Numbered from the stretch's first letter, positions 40,240 through 52,469 are shown. The stretch is 64,000 nucleotides of DNA from Ylistrum balloti (GCF_031769215.1 NW_026782015.1:1550001-1614000), one strand, 5' to 3'. The notes: generated by a model not told the origin, from the sequence alone. Numbers and translations: made by a program.

Positions 40240-41100
40240 GGTACAAACATAAAATGTGATGTACAGGCTTTATATCTAGTCAATACATCAATAAAACATA
40301 AAACATGATGTACAGCCTTCATATCTAGTCAATACATCAGTACAAACATAAAACACGATGTACAGCCTTCATATCTAGTCACGATGTAGCCTTCATATAC
40401 AGCCTTCATATCAGTACAGTACACAAACATAAAATACGATGTGCAGCCTTCATATCTAGTCAATACATCAGTAAAACATAAAACACGATGTACAGCCTTC
40501 ATATCTAGTCAATACATCAGTACAGACATAAAACACGATGTACAGCCTTCATATCTAGTCAATACATCAGTAAAACATAAAACACGATGTACAGCCTTCA
40601 TATCTAGTCAGTACATCAGTACAAACATAAAATACGATGTACAGCCTTCATATCTAGTCAATACATTCGTACAAACATAAAATATGATGTACAGCCTTCA
40701 TATCTAGTCAATACATCAGTACAAACATAAAACACGATGTACAGCCTTCATATCTAGTCAATACATCAGTACAGACATAAAATACGATGTACAGCCTTCA
40801 TATCTAGTCAATACATCCATACAAACATAAAACACGATGTACAGCCTTCATATCTAGTCAATACATCAGTACAAACATAAAATACGATGTACAGCCTTCA
40901 TATCTAGTCAATACATCAGTACAAACATAAAATACGATGTACAGCCTTCATATCGAGTCAATACATTCGTACAAACATAAAACACGATGTACAGCCTTCA
41001 TATCTAGTCAATACATCAGTACAAACATAAAACACGATGTACAGCCTTCATATCGAGTCAATACATTCGTACAAACATAAAATACGATGTAAAGCCTTGA
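40240..41100. repeat. 50-bp minisatellite, about 17 copies, within the presumed MEGF8 3' UTR
   Basis: Unit GATGTACAGCCTTCATATCTAGTCAATACATCAGTACAAACATAAAACAC. Confidence 0.92.
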
Positions 41101-41452
41101 TATTAATGTCAAGTCAATATGACAGTTCAAGGATAAAAGCACTGTACATACACTACGAATCTTATATAAGATTTCAGATTAGAATACATTTTTTTCAGTT
41201 AAAAAACAATTACATACCTACATTTAAGGAGAAAAAACATTGTAAATATTACAAAAAAGGCTAGGAAATGTAACACAAATGTATTACATCAATGTTGGTA
41301 TGAAACATTTGACAGGATATATCACAATTACCAAACACTTACTAGTTATTCAGTTTTTTTAATGATGGCAATGTATATGTGTTCAATGTGAATTTAAAAT
41401 TCAAACTTATAACAACTTCACTAGCTACAATATCAATGACTTAGTCGAAATA

Positions 41453-42387
41453 TCAACATACTGTAGAGCTTGGGCGTCGCCGTGATGTCACTTTCATTCC
41501 CATCATGGCTGCCCGAACACTTAAAGTCAAAGTAGAACCAAGACACAGCTTGGTGGGAACTGTTGGGCCACCAGGCATCTGGAACATAGCTGTCCTGACA
41601 GCCGATATCCCATCATCCGTAGGTTCAATGGCCATGGCCACAACATCAAATGGATGTTCATCCTTTGCCATGGGTTGAAAAGGAAGTTGTAAAGTCTCTA
41701 CAGGAGTCAGGACCATCCCTGATGTGTTACGATTGGACAACTTCATATACTTTGTCCGCCTTGGTAATGGCGTCGATACAAAAGGCAGAGGCTCAGGTTC
41801 AATAAGAATAAGAACACGTGCAAAAGGACGTGACGCCATATGCATCATCTCTTTAGCACGTTCACGTCTGCTTCTCTGAGCATCGACAGCTTGCTTAAGT
41901 TTCCATAGTAACACACACATGGCAAGAAATAGGAAAAAACTGGAGAAAAATACAGAGAAAAACACAAACAGATCTATATGTGTCTGATCTTGTCTGAAGT
42001 AGAGGTTTCCGTATGTCTCATTGGATGTAGGACCTCCACGTCCGTACATTACCACATAAAACTTTGAAGTCTTGAGTCCCAATTCGAGGGGCAGCGTTAT
42101 AACCACTCGTGACTGAACATTCTGGATGATAAGGATAGTGTGGGTCATTTTGACAGTATGGTAGGTGTGGAAGTCATTAGCTTTCAGTTCTATCAGTTCA
42201 TGCCACTTGTGTGATGAGCTATTCTGTACACTACGTCTGTGACGACTACCATGCTGAATTTCCTGTGGATGGGGAAATATCAGGTCAGAGGCCAGAGAAG
42301 GGTCAAGCTTGATGCTGTGGTAACCATTGGCCTTGCTCACATCAACAATAAAGGTCTGGTCACTTGACGAGAAGTAGATATCAACAC
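41453..42387 (-). CDS. MEGF8: MEGF8 last coding exon (juxtamembrane, TM helix, cytoplasmic tail)
   Basis: TATTTTGTATAG| acceptor, phase 1; FRQDQTHIDLFVFFSVFFSSFFLFLAMCVLLWK...MASRPFA...EPTDDG is the MEGF8/attractin-family TM and tail signature; TGA at 41455-41453; 18 exons sum to 4184 nt. Confidence 0.95.
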
Positions 42388-42559
42388 CTATACAAAATAC
42401 AGAAAATTACGTCCTCACTCAAATCAAAATCTGGAGACAATCAAAAAACGTTTTGGGGTTTCACAGAGACATACCTACATACAGTTTCACTTGATTGTTC
42501 TTAGAACTATAGAAATCAGTGTAATTTTATGTAAATCTAAGAAAAAATCTGAATGATGA

Positions 42560-43775
42560 ACACTACAACCAGCCCCAGTCTAAAGAAAAACACTACAACC
42601 AGCCCCAGTCTAAAGAAATATTAGTACACTACAACCAGCCCCCAGTCTAAAGAAAAACACTACAACCAGCCCCAGTCTAAAGAAAAACACTACAACCAGC
42701 CCCAGTCTAAAGAAAAACACTACAACCAGCCCCAGTCTCTACAACCAGCCCCAGTCTAAAGAAAAACACTACAACCAGTCCCAGTCTAAAGAAAAACACT
42801 ACAACCAGCCCCAGTCTAAAGAAAAACACTACAACCAGCCCCAGTCTAAAGAAAAACACTACAACCAGCCCCCAGTCTAAAGAAATACACTACAACCAGC
42901 CCCAGTCTAAAGAAAAACACTACAACCAGCCCCAGTCTAAAGAAAAACAATACAACCAGCCCCAGTCTAAAGAAAAACACTACAACCAGCCCCAGTCTAA
43001 AGAAAAACAATACAACCAGCCCCCAGTCTAAAGAAAAACACTACAACCAGCCCCAGTCTAAAGAAAAACACTACAACCAGCCCCAGTCTAAAGAAAAACA
43101 CTACAACCAGCCCCCAGTCTAAAGAAAAACACTACAAACAGTCCCAGAAAAACACTACAACCAGACCCCAGTCTAAAGAAAAACACTACAACCAGCCCCA
43201 GTCTAAAGTCAAACACTACAACCAGCCCCCAGTCTAAAGAAAACACTACAACCAGCCCCAGTCTAAAGAAAAACACTACAAACAGCCCCAGTCTAAAGAA
43301 AAACACTACAACCAGCCCCAGTCTAAAGAAAAACACTACAACCAGCCCCAGTCTAAAGAAAAACACTACAACCAGCCCCAGTCTAAAGAAAAACACTAAA
43401 GAAAAACACTACAACCAGCCCCAGTCTAAAGAAAAACACTACAACCAGCCCCAGTCTAAAGAAAAACACTACAACCAGCCCCAGTCTAAAGAAAAACACT
43501 ACAACCAGCCCCAGTCTAAAGAAAAACACTACAACCAGCCCCAGTCTAAAGAAAAACACTACAACCAGCCCCAGTCTAAAGAAAAACACTACAACCAGCC
43601 CCAATCTAAAGAAAAACACTACAACCAGCCCCAGTCTAAAGAAAAACACTACAACCAGCCCCAGTCTAAAGAAAAACACTACAACCAGCCCCAGTCTAAA
43701 GAAAAACACTACAACCAGCCCCAGTCTAAAGAAAAACAATACAACCACCCCCAGATTAAAGAAAGACACTACAAT
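42560..43775. repeat. 30-bp minisatellite, about 40 copies
   Basis: Unit CACTACAACCAGCCCCAGTCTAAAGAAAAA. Confidence 0.95.
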
Positions 43776-43894
43776 TAGGAATAATGTTGTATGTTACAGT
43801 ACATAGAAGTGGATAGTTATGAGAAGTTTTGGTGATAGGAGGAGAAAGTATTTAATAAGAAAATCTAGATAAATTTGTCATAAAATGTGGATAC

Positions 43895-44114
43895 CTCCTT
43901 TTGTGATGTCTATGGTAACTCGGATGTCTACATTGAGGTAGCGTGGTTGGACGGCAAAGAAGACAGTGCGCCCTCTCAACAGTGGTCCAGGATTTTGGTT
44001 ACAATTCTTCTGTGTGTCTGGATCTAGACAGTAATCTCGATCTACTGTCATCTGACGGTAACAATGGTGACCATTCGTAGGTGTTCCTAAGAAGTACTCC
44101 TTACAGGCAGAGCA
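43895..44114 (-). CDS. MEGF8: MEGF8 exon
   Basis: TGTTTCATAG| and GAG|GTATCC; 220 nt, phase 0-1; CSACKEYFLGTPTNGHHCYRQMTVDRDYCLDP...RTVFFAVQPRYLNVDIRVTIDITKG. Confidence 0.93.
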
Positions 44115-44155
44115 CTATGAAACAGGAAATAACATTTTGAATTAAGATCTTCCAA

Positions 44156-44633
44156 AACAAGAGGCTAAACAGGCTAAAAGGCCTGTGTTACTCACCTGCT
44201 CTATAGCTCATGAAGAGAAGACATTCTTGATAGAGAGTATCAGGGAACTTTCATGTTTAGTCTATAATTGATACCTTATTGCCTGTAGGTTCCAGGTAAA
44301 ATTGAACACAACTGATGCCTGTGACCTTAAAAATGGTCAATGTGATTAATTGATTAATAATTGATTAGTTTGATTACCCTTCATCCCAGCTTACTAATGA
44401 CTAAATGAATCTGTACCTTTTGGTTTATGAGCGGAAGTCGTTTGGAAAATTGAACACATTTGACCCCTATGACCTCAAAAGTAGGCCAATATAATTCATT
44501 TTATCAAACTTTATCCTTCATACCAGTATGCTGACCCAATATCTTGAGTATCAGATAAAGAGAAAAGTTAACTAAAACCAAACAATGTGCCATGACACAA
44601 CCTTATTTATTCTTCAGACAGATGAGCTAAAAA
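44156..44633. mobile_element. Dispersed hairpin-ended repeat, Helentron/HINE-like
   Basis: Starts AACAAGAGGC...ACTCACCTG, ends CAGATGAGCTAAAAA (imperfect sub-terminal inverted match), TGACCT motifs inside; family assignment from memory of bivalve repeats. Confidence 0.45.
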
Positions 44634-44732
44634 TAAACGCTTTTTCAATGAAGAACACTACACAGCAGACAAGACTTATTCAGAAGAGGAAATGTCATTT
44701 TGTTGCGGAACATCATCATAAGAAAAGTTTAC

Positions 44733-44868
44733 CTGTTTCTGCCAGCACTTCTCCGCAGACTCCTTGTCTATCTTCTGACTCTGACAGGGACTCTCAGTGT
44801 TATTGGCACAGCGACAGTTCAGGCCAGACTTACTGTCACACATGTCACTGTGGCCGTGACACTGGCAC
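44733..44868 (-). CDS. MEGF8: MEGF8 exon (laminin-EGF)
   Basis: ATATTTACAG| and CAG|GTAAAC; 136 nt, phase 2-0; CQCHGHSDMCDSKSGLNCRCANNTESPC...CWQKQ. Confidence 0.92.
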
Positions 44869-44904
44869 CTGTAAATATGGATGTGAAAGTATGTCTCTTA
44901 CTAA

Positions 44905-45600
44905 ACCCAGGTCATTTATGTCTCTGACTTTTACATAAACATGTACACCAAGGTCATTTATGTCTCTGACTTTTACATAAACATGTACACCAAGGTCATT
45001 TATGTCTCTGACTTTTACATAAACATGTACAAACATGTCTCTGACTTTTACATAAACATGTACACCAAGGTCATTTATGTCTCTGACCTTTACATAAACA
45101 TGTACACCAAGGTCATTTATGTCTCTGACTTTTACATAAACATGTACATAAAGGTCGTTTATGTCTCTGACTTTTACATAAACATGTACACCAAGGTCAT
45201 TTATGTCTCTGACCTTTACATAAACATGTACACCAAGGTCATTTATGTCTCTGACCTTTACATAAACATGTACACCAAGGTCATTTATGTCTCTGACCTT
45301 TACATAAACATGTACACCAAGGTCATTTATGTCTCTGACTTTTACATAACATGTACACCAAGGTCATTTATGTCTCTGACTTTTACATAACATGTACACC
45401 AAGGTCATTTATGTCTCTGACTTTTACATAAACATGTACACCAAGGTCATTTATGTCTCTGACTTTTACATAAACATGTACACCAAGGTCATTTATGTCT
45501 CTGACTTTTACATAAACATGTACACCAAGGTCATTTATGTCTCTGACTTTTACATAAACATGTACACCAAGGTCATCTATGTTTCTGACTTTTATAATGT
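44905..45600. repeat. 42-bp minisatellite, about 16 copies, filling almost the whole intron
   Basis: Unit CCAAGGTCATTTATGTCTCTGACTTTTACATAAACATGTACA. Confidence 0.95.
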
Positions 45601-45614
45601 GAGTGTTAACATAC

Positions 45615-45772
45615 TTGATACACTTATCAAAGGCTGTTTTTCCCTCTTTCTCTACCCTGAAGTAGCCCTCTAGACAATTCTCACAACGCCGTCCTTCAGT
45701 GTTGTACATACAGTTGACACACATTGCCTCATCTTCTTTTGGGCCACGTGATCCAAAGCTATTGTCTTTACT
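45615..45772 (-). CDS. MEGF8: MEGF8 exon (laminin-EGF)
   Basis: AACTTCAG| and AA|GTATGT; 158 nt, phase 0-2; SKDNSFGSRGPKEDEAMCVNCMYNTEGRRCENCLEGYF. Confidence 0.9.
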
Positions 45773-45954
45773 CTGAAGTTCAAATTAAACAAACAATGTT
45801 CATATCTGTATGGGAATATATTCCAATTTGAAAACTTCACAATGAAGTAAACTTCTCGAAATGAAATGACTTACAGTAAGGTATGTTATTCTGGCAAGAG
45901 GTCAAACTCACATTCAAGGTCTAGGGGAATTACGTACATACCAGAATCATTGGG

Positions 45955-47240
45955 AAACTTACATCACAGAAGTATGGGGAATAATTACATCCCAGAAGTA
46001 TGGGGAATAATTACATCACAGAAGTATGGGGAATATTTACATCCCAGAAGTATGTGGAAATACTTACATCACAGAAGTATGGGGAATACTTACATCACAG
46101 AAGTATGGGGAATAATTACATCCCAGAAGTATGGGGAATACTTATATCACAGAAGTATGGGGAAGACTTACATCACAGAAGTATGGGGAATATTTATATC
46201 ACAGAAGTATGGGGAAACTTACATCACAGAAGTATGGGGAATACTTATATCACAGAAGTATGGGGAATACTTATATCACAGAAGTCTGGGGAATAATTAC
46301 ATCACAGAAGTATGGGGAATATTTACATCAAAGAAGTATAGGGAATACTTATATCACAGAAGTATGGGGAATACTTACATCACAGAAGTATGGGGAATAC
46401 TTACATCAAAGAAGTATGGGGAATAATTACATCCCAGAAGTATGGGGAATAATTACATCACAGAAGTATGGGGAATAATTACATCCCAGAAGTATGGGGA
46501 ATACTTATATCACAGAAGTATGGGGAATACTTATATCACAGAAGTATGGGGAATAATTACATCCCAGAAGTATGGGGAATAATTACATCACAGAAGTATG
46601 GAGAATAATTACATCACAGAAGTATGGGGAAGACTTACATCCCAGAAGTATGGGGAATAATTACATCCCAGAAGTATGGGGAATACTTATATCACAGAAG
46701 TATGGGGAATACTTATATCACAGAAGTATGGGGAATAATTACATCCCAGAAGTATGGGGAATAATTACATCACAGAAGTATGGGGAAGACTTACATCACA
46801 GAAGTATGGGGAATAATTACATCACAGAAGTATGGGGAAGACTTACATCCCAGAAGTATGGGGAATAATTACATCCCAGAAGTATGGGGAATACTTATAT
46901 CACAGAAGTATGGGGAATACTTATATCACAGAAGTATGGGGAATACTTATATCACAGAAGTATGGGGAAGACTTACATCACAGAAGTATGGGGAATATTT
47001 ATATCACAGAAGTATGGGGAATAATTACATCCCAGAAGTATGGGGAATATTTATATCACAGAAGTATGTGGAAATACTTACATCACAGAAGTATGGGGAA
47101 TACTTATATCACAGAAGTATCGGGAATAATTACATCACAGAAGTACGGGGAATACTTACATCCCAGAAGTATGGGGAATATTTACATCCCAGAAGTATGG
47201 GGAATACTTAATCCTAGAATTTGAGGGAATACTTACATCC
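45955..47240 (-). repeat. 26-bp array containing a MEGF8 5' splice site, about 49 copies
   Basis: Minus-strand unit GAT|GTAAGTATTCCCCATACTTCT(G/GG) versus real donor GGGAT|GTAAGTATTCCC. Confidence 0.93.
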
Positions 47241-47383
47241 CAAAAAATTGAATGGTTGTTCATGCCGTCTCGAAATGTACAATTTGGTGTGTGGTTGTGG
47301 CAGTGTTCCAGACAAGGCACACAGGGTTTCTTGTCCTGAGGTGATCCTACATATAACTTCTGACAGTGTTCACAGTGTGGACC
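47237..47383 (-). CDS. MEGF8: MEGF8 exon (laminin-EGF)
   Basis: ATGTTTCAG| and GAT|GTAAGT; 147 nt, phase 0-0; GPHCEHCQKLYVGSPQDKKPCVPCLEHCHNH...IFWD. Confidence 0.9.
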
Positions 47384-47830
47384 CTGAAACATAAAACTCT
47401 CCATACAACAAATCTTACTTTTTTGCAATTTATGAGGAAAATATGACACTAAGCAGAATGTGACATTAACAAATGAAATTATCATTACATTAAAATCATT
47501 TTTACAAAGTTTCAATTCAGTAGGGTATCTATTCATAGAAAAGTGTAAGACACAGACTGATGGACTGACTGACAAACAGACAAGGGAGGTAATAATAGTC
47601 TCCTCCAGATGGACTGGAAGGGAACTAGTAAAAAAGGCCTCACTCCTGAGAGTACAGCTACTTGGGTTCTGATCAGGTACATAAGTTCAGCATGACAAAA
47701 TCCCAGCAAGTCGTACAGCTAGTTGGGGCCTAATCAATGTGACATACTTAATCATGAAAGAAATTATGATGTGAATCCAGTTAAACTATGAAAAGAGAAA
47801 GGTAAACTCTAACACTATACGAAGGCTCAC

Positions 47831-48020
47831 CTGTGTATTGTTGATGCAGTCAAGACAATTTTCTTTCTCCATAGCACTGAGACACTTGCTGTAACCGTTA
47901 CACTTACACTTGGTGCTGCAGTCATTGCCTACCCAGCCAAAGTCACATGTACAATGATCAGGTGCATCACACACCCCATGTACACAGCCTTGATGGCATA
48001 CAGGCTCACAGATGTCCTTA
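47831..48020 (-). CDS. MEGF8: MEGF8 exon (EGF / laminin-EGF)
   Basis: TACTTACAG| and CAG|GTGAGC; 190 nt, phase 2-0; KDICEPVCHQGCVHGVCDAPDHCTCDFGWVGNDCSTKCKCNG...NNTQ. Confidence 0.93.
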
Positions 48021-48345
48021 CTGTAAGTAATAATTATATATGTACACAGATCTCCTTACTGTAAATAATAATTATATATGTACACAGATCTCCTTACTGT
48101 AAATAATTATTATATATGTACACAGATCTCCTTACTGTAAATAATAATTATATATTTACACAGGTCTCCTTACTGTAAATAATTATTATATATGTACACA
48201 GATCTCCTTACTGTAAATAATAATTATATATTTACACAGATCTCCTTACTGTAAATAATTATTATATATGTACACAAATGTCCTTTCTGTTTAGTATAAT
48301 TATCCATGTACATAGATTTCCGAACTGTAAATTATAATTTTTAAC
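48006..48345 (-). repeat. 38-bp array containing a MEGF8 3' splice site, 9 copies
   Basis: Acceptor AG (CT on +) at 48021, 48059, 48097, 48135, 48173, 48211, 48249, 48287, 48325. Confidence 0.93.
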
Positions 48346-48369
48346 GTGTCCACACTGATCTCTTTAATA

Positions 48370-48690
48370 TACAAAAACACAGTAAATCAGAGATTACACC
48401 CAGTATACATATAATATCAGACACACATAAACAATGGACACAATTCTATAAATACTGGACACAGTGAGTCAGAGATTACACCCAGTATACACATAATATC
48501 AGACACACATAAACAATGGACACAATTCTATAAATACTGGACACAGTGAGTCAGAGATTACACCCAGTATACACATAATATCAGACACACATAAACAATG
48601 GACACAATTCTATAAATACTGGACACAGTGAGTCAGAGATTACACCCAGTATACACATAATATCAGACACACATAAACAATGGACACAAT
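48370..48690. repeat. 82-bp tandem repeat, about 4 copies
   Basis: GGACACAGTGAGTCAGAGATTACACCCAGTATAC...; period 48421 to 48503. Confidence 0.9.
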
Positions 48691-48769
48691 CCTATTAATT
48701 ACGGAGTTTTACACAGTAGAAATGAAACATATGCCTTTAAAACCATATATAGAATTAGATGGTACATAC

Positions 48770-48950
48770 CGTTCTTTCCACAGATAACCCTTCTTACATT
48801 CACACATGAAGCCTTCAGGTTTGTCTATACAACGCTGCCTCTCCCTGTTACAGCTGTGATGGTTATTCAAACACTCATTCTCAGTGACGCATTTGGTGAA
48901 CACCCACTGTGGGGGACCCATCGATAGGCGTAGATAGGGATTTTCCTGTG
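48770..48950 (-). CDS. MEGF8: MEGF8 exon (calcium-binding EGF-like)
   Basis: TTACTTCTAG| and CG|GTATGT; 181 nt, phase 1-2; ...ENECLNNHHSCNRERQRCIDKPEGFMCECKKGY. Confidence 0.9.
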
Positions 48951-49387
48951 CTAGAAGTAACACACCTAACAGAATGTTAATAACAGGAGTCAGATCTTTA
49001 ACATCCGCTTTCCGGTACCCATAAATAGGTAAAGAAAGGGTTTGTCCTCTACACAAAACTATATAAAAAAACTAAAAAAACACAGCTGCCTTAATCCTCA
49101 ATAACTTTCAACTTTCTTTACTCTAATCCACTCTAATAAACTCAAAGGTAAAGTGTTAACAAGATAAAATAATGGTTAATGTTCTAAAAGTTTTAAAGGA
49201 TTTGGCTGAGCTATTAAGTTTGATACAATAAATCACAGAAGGGAGGTAGCTCCTACGAAAAACATCAAAATACCAAATACATTGTATTATTGGTAACGTA
49301 CAGCAGTTACTTTCAGAGAATATGATTAAAGCTTATGCTGAGAAAGCACAAAAGCATTCAGTCATTCTCAAGGAAATACCTCCAATG

Positions 49388-49757
49388 AACAAGAGGCCCA
49401 TAGGGCCTTAACGGCCATTTGACTTTAATGAGATTTATGTGAAAGTGGCTAAATATGCCTAAACAAGACCACTTTGTCGGTTCATAGAAACATTTTCTGC
49501 AAACCTGAAATCCTATTTGCAACTACATAAATATGGCTCTGGACCAATTGATTTGAAACCTCAACTCATTTGACCCCTGTGACCTTGAAAGTGGGGTAAA
49601 GGTCATTTATTTCAACACACTTGGTAGCCATTCATCTCATCATGCTACAGAACCACTATCAGCACCCTAGGCCATTTGGGTACCGAGAAGAAGTTATTTG
49701 AATGGAAACATGATAGCTATAGGTCATCCTGACCCTTTTGGTCAAATGACCTAAAAA
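49388..49757. mobile_element. Dispersed hairpin-ended repeat, Helentron/HINE-like
   Basis: Starts AACAAGAGGCCCATAGGGCCTT, ends with hairpin AGGTCATCCTGACC-CTTTT-GGTCAAATGACCT then AAAAA. Confidence 0.45.
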
Positions 49758-49894
49758 TAACTTACAGCATATCTTGAGTACTGATCCCATTATTAGTGCC
49801 CATCAGAATTGTTTGAGACAATTACCAGCTCCAAACTTTCATAAACAGTTGAAAAAAAAGCATTTTACCCCTCTTTCCAGCAAAGAAACCTTAC

Positions 49895-50189
49895 CTGGCT
49901 CTTCTCCTTCACCTGGCACTTCTCCTTCACCTTGCACCTCTCCTTCATCTGGCTCCACCACATGTTCATCACATCGACCCCCTATGGGGCTATTCACACC
50001 TCCCTTCATACAAACTCCCAAGCCATTGAGTCCTAAGAAAGCACACCAGCCACAGCCTGGAGCCTGAAGGCACTCTGAGCACCAGCCATACTCCTTACAT
50101 GGGCGTGGACATTTGCTTCTTGCTGCTTGGATAATGAGGCCGCATTCTCCACCAGCACAGTGGAGATGGTGGTAGGCAGGTGGCATGCA
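49895..50189 (-). CDS. MEGF8: MEGF8 exon (PSI)
   Basis: TAATTGCAG| and CAG|GTAAGG; 295 nt, phase 0-1; CMPPAYHHLHCAGGECG...CSECLQAPGCGWCAF. Confidence 0.92.
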
Positions 50190-50313
50190 CTGCAATTAAC
50201 AAGTAACAGTTCCTATAGATAAACATTATTTACCCCAGTTTATCAATAAAACTTAAGTTATATCCTAAACTTGGCAATAATGGATCGAAAGAATGTGATT
50301 GGTGGGCACTGAA

Positions 50314-50315
<2 letters not shown>

Positions 50316-50365
<50 letters not shown>

Positions 50366-50368
50366 GAG
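50316..50368. repeat. (GA)n microsatellite
   Basis: Near-perfect GA run. Confidence 0.95.
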
Positions 50369-50467
50369 AAACAAAGTTATACTATTGTAGAATATGACTG
50401 GCCAGTAATGAAGAGGTAGAGAAGCAAAGTAATAATCCTGTGGTGACATTACTTAAAAATCACAAAC

Positions 50468-50679
50468 CTCCTGTAACATCTCACTCCAGATACATTCCTT
50501 AGAACCTCCTTCACTTCCCGTTGACTTGAGACAGGAGGTACAGGTACGATAGGTGTGACATCGGGCTGGACAGATATCCTGGGACTGTGAGCGCTCGAGA
50601 GGTCCTTCTGTCACCGTCCTCAACAGGAAACATCCCCACTCAAATGGCTGATTTCCTGTTAGGATCAGGGTCTTTTCAG
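50468..50679 (-). CDS. MEGF8: MEGF8 exon (PSI)
   Basis: GAATTTCAG| and GAG|GTTTGT; 212 nt, phase 1-0; ...FEWGCF...CPARCHTYRTCTSCLKSTGSEGGSKECIWSEMLQE. Confidence 0.9.
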
Positions 50680-50832
50680 CTGAAATTCAAGTAGTTTGTA
50701 TTAAAATAAAACTGTGGCATTTCATGGAACAAAATATTACCTTAAAGTAGCAGTTTGTGTTTAACTTAGCATACCTAATGGTTGACTTGCAGTATAAATT
50801 TTGCATTAAATGGCTGACTTATTTAAACTCAC

Positions 50833-51037
50833 CTTTTCGTTTGATGTTATTGGCCCAAAGACAGCTATTAGCATGGCACTTATCACAGTCTGAGGCTGTA
50901 CAGGAGAACTCTTCACACTGCCCTGCCTCCAGCTTCACTTGGTTCAGAGTGTTTGCGTCACACTCATTTTCTAGCTTACATTCACCATCAAAAGGGATGC
51001 ACTTACCCTTGGGACAGTTGGTGCACCATTTACACGC
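50833..51037 (-). CDS. MEGF8: MEGF8 exon (PSI)
   Basis: GTATTTTAG| and AAG|GTGAGT; 205 nt, phase 0-1; ACKWCTNCPKGKCIPFDGEC...CTASDCDKCHANSCLW. Confidence 0.92.
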
Positions 51038-51483
51038 CTAAAATACAAAGCAGTGCATCATTTTTGTTTCATATAACATGAAAACATTTGCAAGATATCA
51101 ACTTAATATTGGTATATGGGCAATGCGATTCTTTGTCCCCTCATCAACACTTATCAAGATGAAAACCTTTGTCCCCTCATCAGCTCTCATCAATGTATTG
51201 TATACAAAATGAAAACTTTTGTCCCCTCATCAGCTTTCATCAATACACTTTATACAAAATGAAAACTTTTGTCCCCTCACCAGCTCTTATCAATATATTG
51301 TATAAAAGATGAAAACCTTTCCCGCCTCGTCAGCACTCATCACTGTGTTATTAAAAAAGATGCAATATTTTGTCCCCTCATCACCAATGTTAAATATACT
51401 GTATACAAGAGGTAAATCTTTAACCTGACATCAGCACTTATCAATATATTGTGTATGAGATTAGGCAGAAAGGGTGAAGTTAC

Positions 51484-51622
51484 CTTGGAATAATTCTGTT
51501 TGAAGTGAGGAAAGGTAGCAAGGCAATGGGAGCAGTCTTTGTATTGGTAACAGGAACGCTCAAGGTGCCACTGTAGACTACACTGCTCTCCAGTAATTAC
51601 TGTCACATGGGGTGCCTCACAG
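51484..51622 (-). CDS. MEGF8: MEGF8 exon (PSI)
   Basis: CTATTATAG| and AAG|GTAACT; 139 nt, phase 2-0; CEAPHVTVITGEQC...CYQYKDCSHCLATFPHFKQNYSK. Confidence 0.87.
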
Positions 51623-51704
51623 CTATAATAGACATATACACTGGATTTTTTAAACAGTGTGGCCATTGTATAAAATGAACATGCCATCATAAACAAAGTA
51701 GAAA

Positions 51705-52210
51705 TGTTAATCAATCAAATTATTATAGATTACATACACTAAAATGTGAATCAATCAAATTATTATAGATTGCATACACTAAAATGTGAATCAATCAAAT
51801 TATTATAGATTGCATACACTAAAATGTGAATCAATCAAATTTGTGAATCAATCAAATTATTATAGATTGCATACACTAAAATGTGAATCAATCAAATTAT
51901 TATAGATTGCATACTCTAAACTGTGAATCAATCAAATTATTATAGATTGCATACACTAAAATGTGAATCAATCAAATTATTATAGATTGCATACACTAAA
52001 ATGTGAATCAATCAAATTTGTGAATCAATCAAATTATTATAGATTGCATACACTAAAATGTGAATCAATCAAATTATTATAGATTGCATACACTAAAATG
52101 TGAATCAATCAAATTATTATAGATTGCATACTCTAAACTGTGAATCAATCAAATTATTATAGATTGCATACACTAAAATGTGAATCGATTAAATTATCAT
52201 AGATTGCATT
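51705..52210. repeat. 40-bp minisatellite, about 12 copies
   Basis: Unit AATCAATCAAATTATTATAGATTGCATACACTAAAATGTG. Confidence 0.93.
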
Positions 52211-52469
52211 AATTTGATACCTTATTACTGTAACCAAGACAAAGAAAACTGACAAGAAAACAAATACAGAGTTAGTATAAGGCCTGTACCTTTTCAAGTA
52301 TCTTTACCTTGTGATACTAACAAAGCATCCTTAAATAGACAGGTCCAGGCTGATATTTTGCATCATCTCATTCTCATTAACACACTGAATGAGATTTTGT
52401 TACAGTATGTCAGCCGGTGATCAAGGTAAAAATGCATATTTCATTAATCTGTTTGCATACTTTACGTAC

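Noticed and set aside
43088-47224. FFFRLGLVVV, MYTKVIYVSDFYIN and SQKYGE ORFs
   Set aside because: They are translations of the 30-, 42- and 26-bp intronic arrays.
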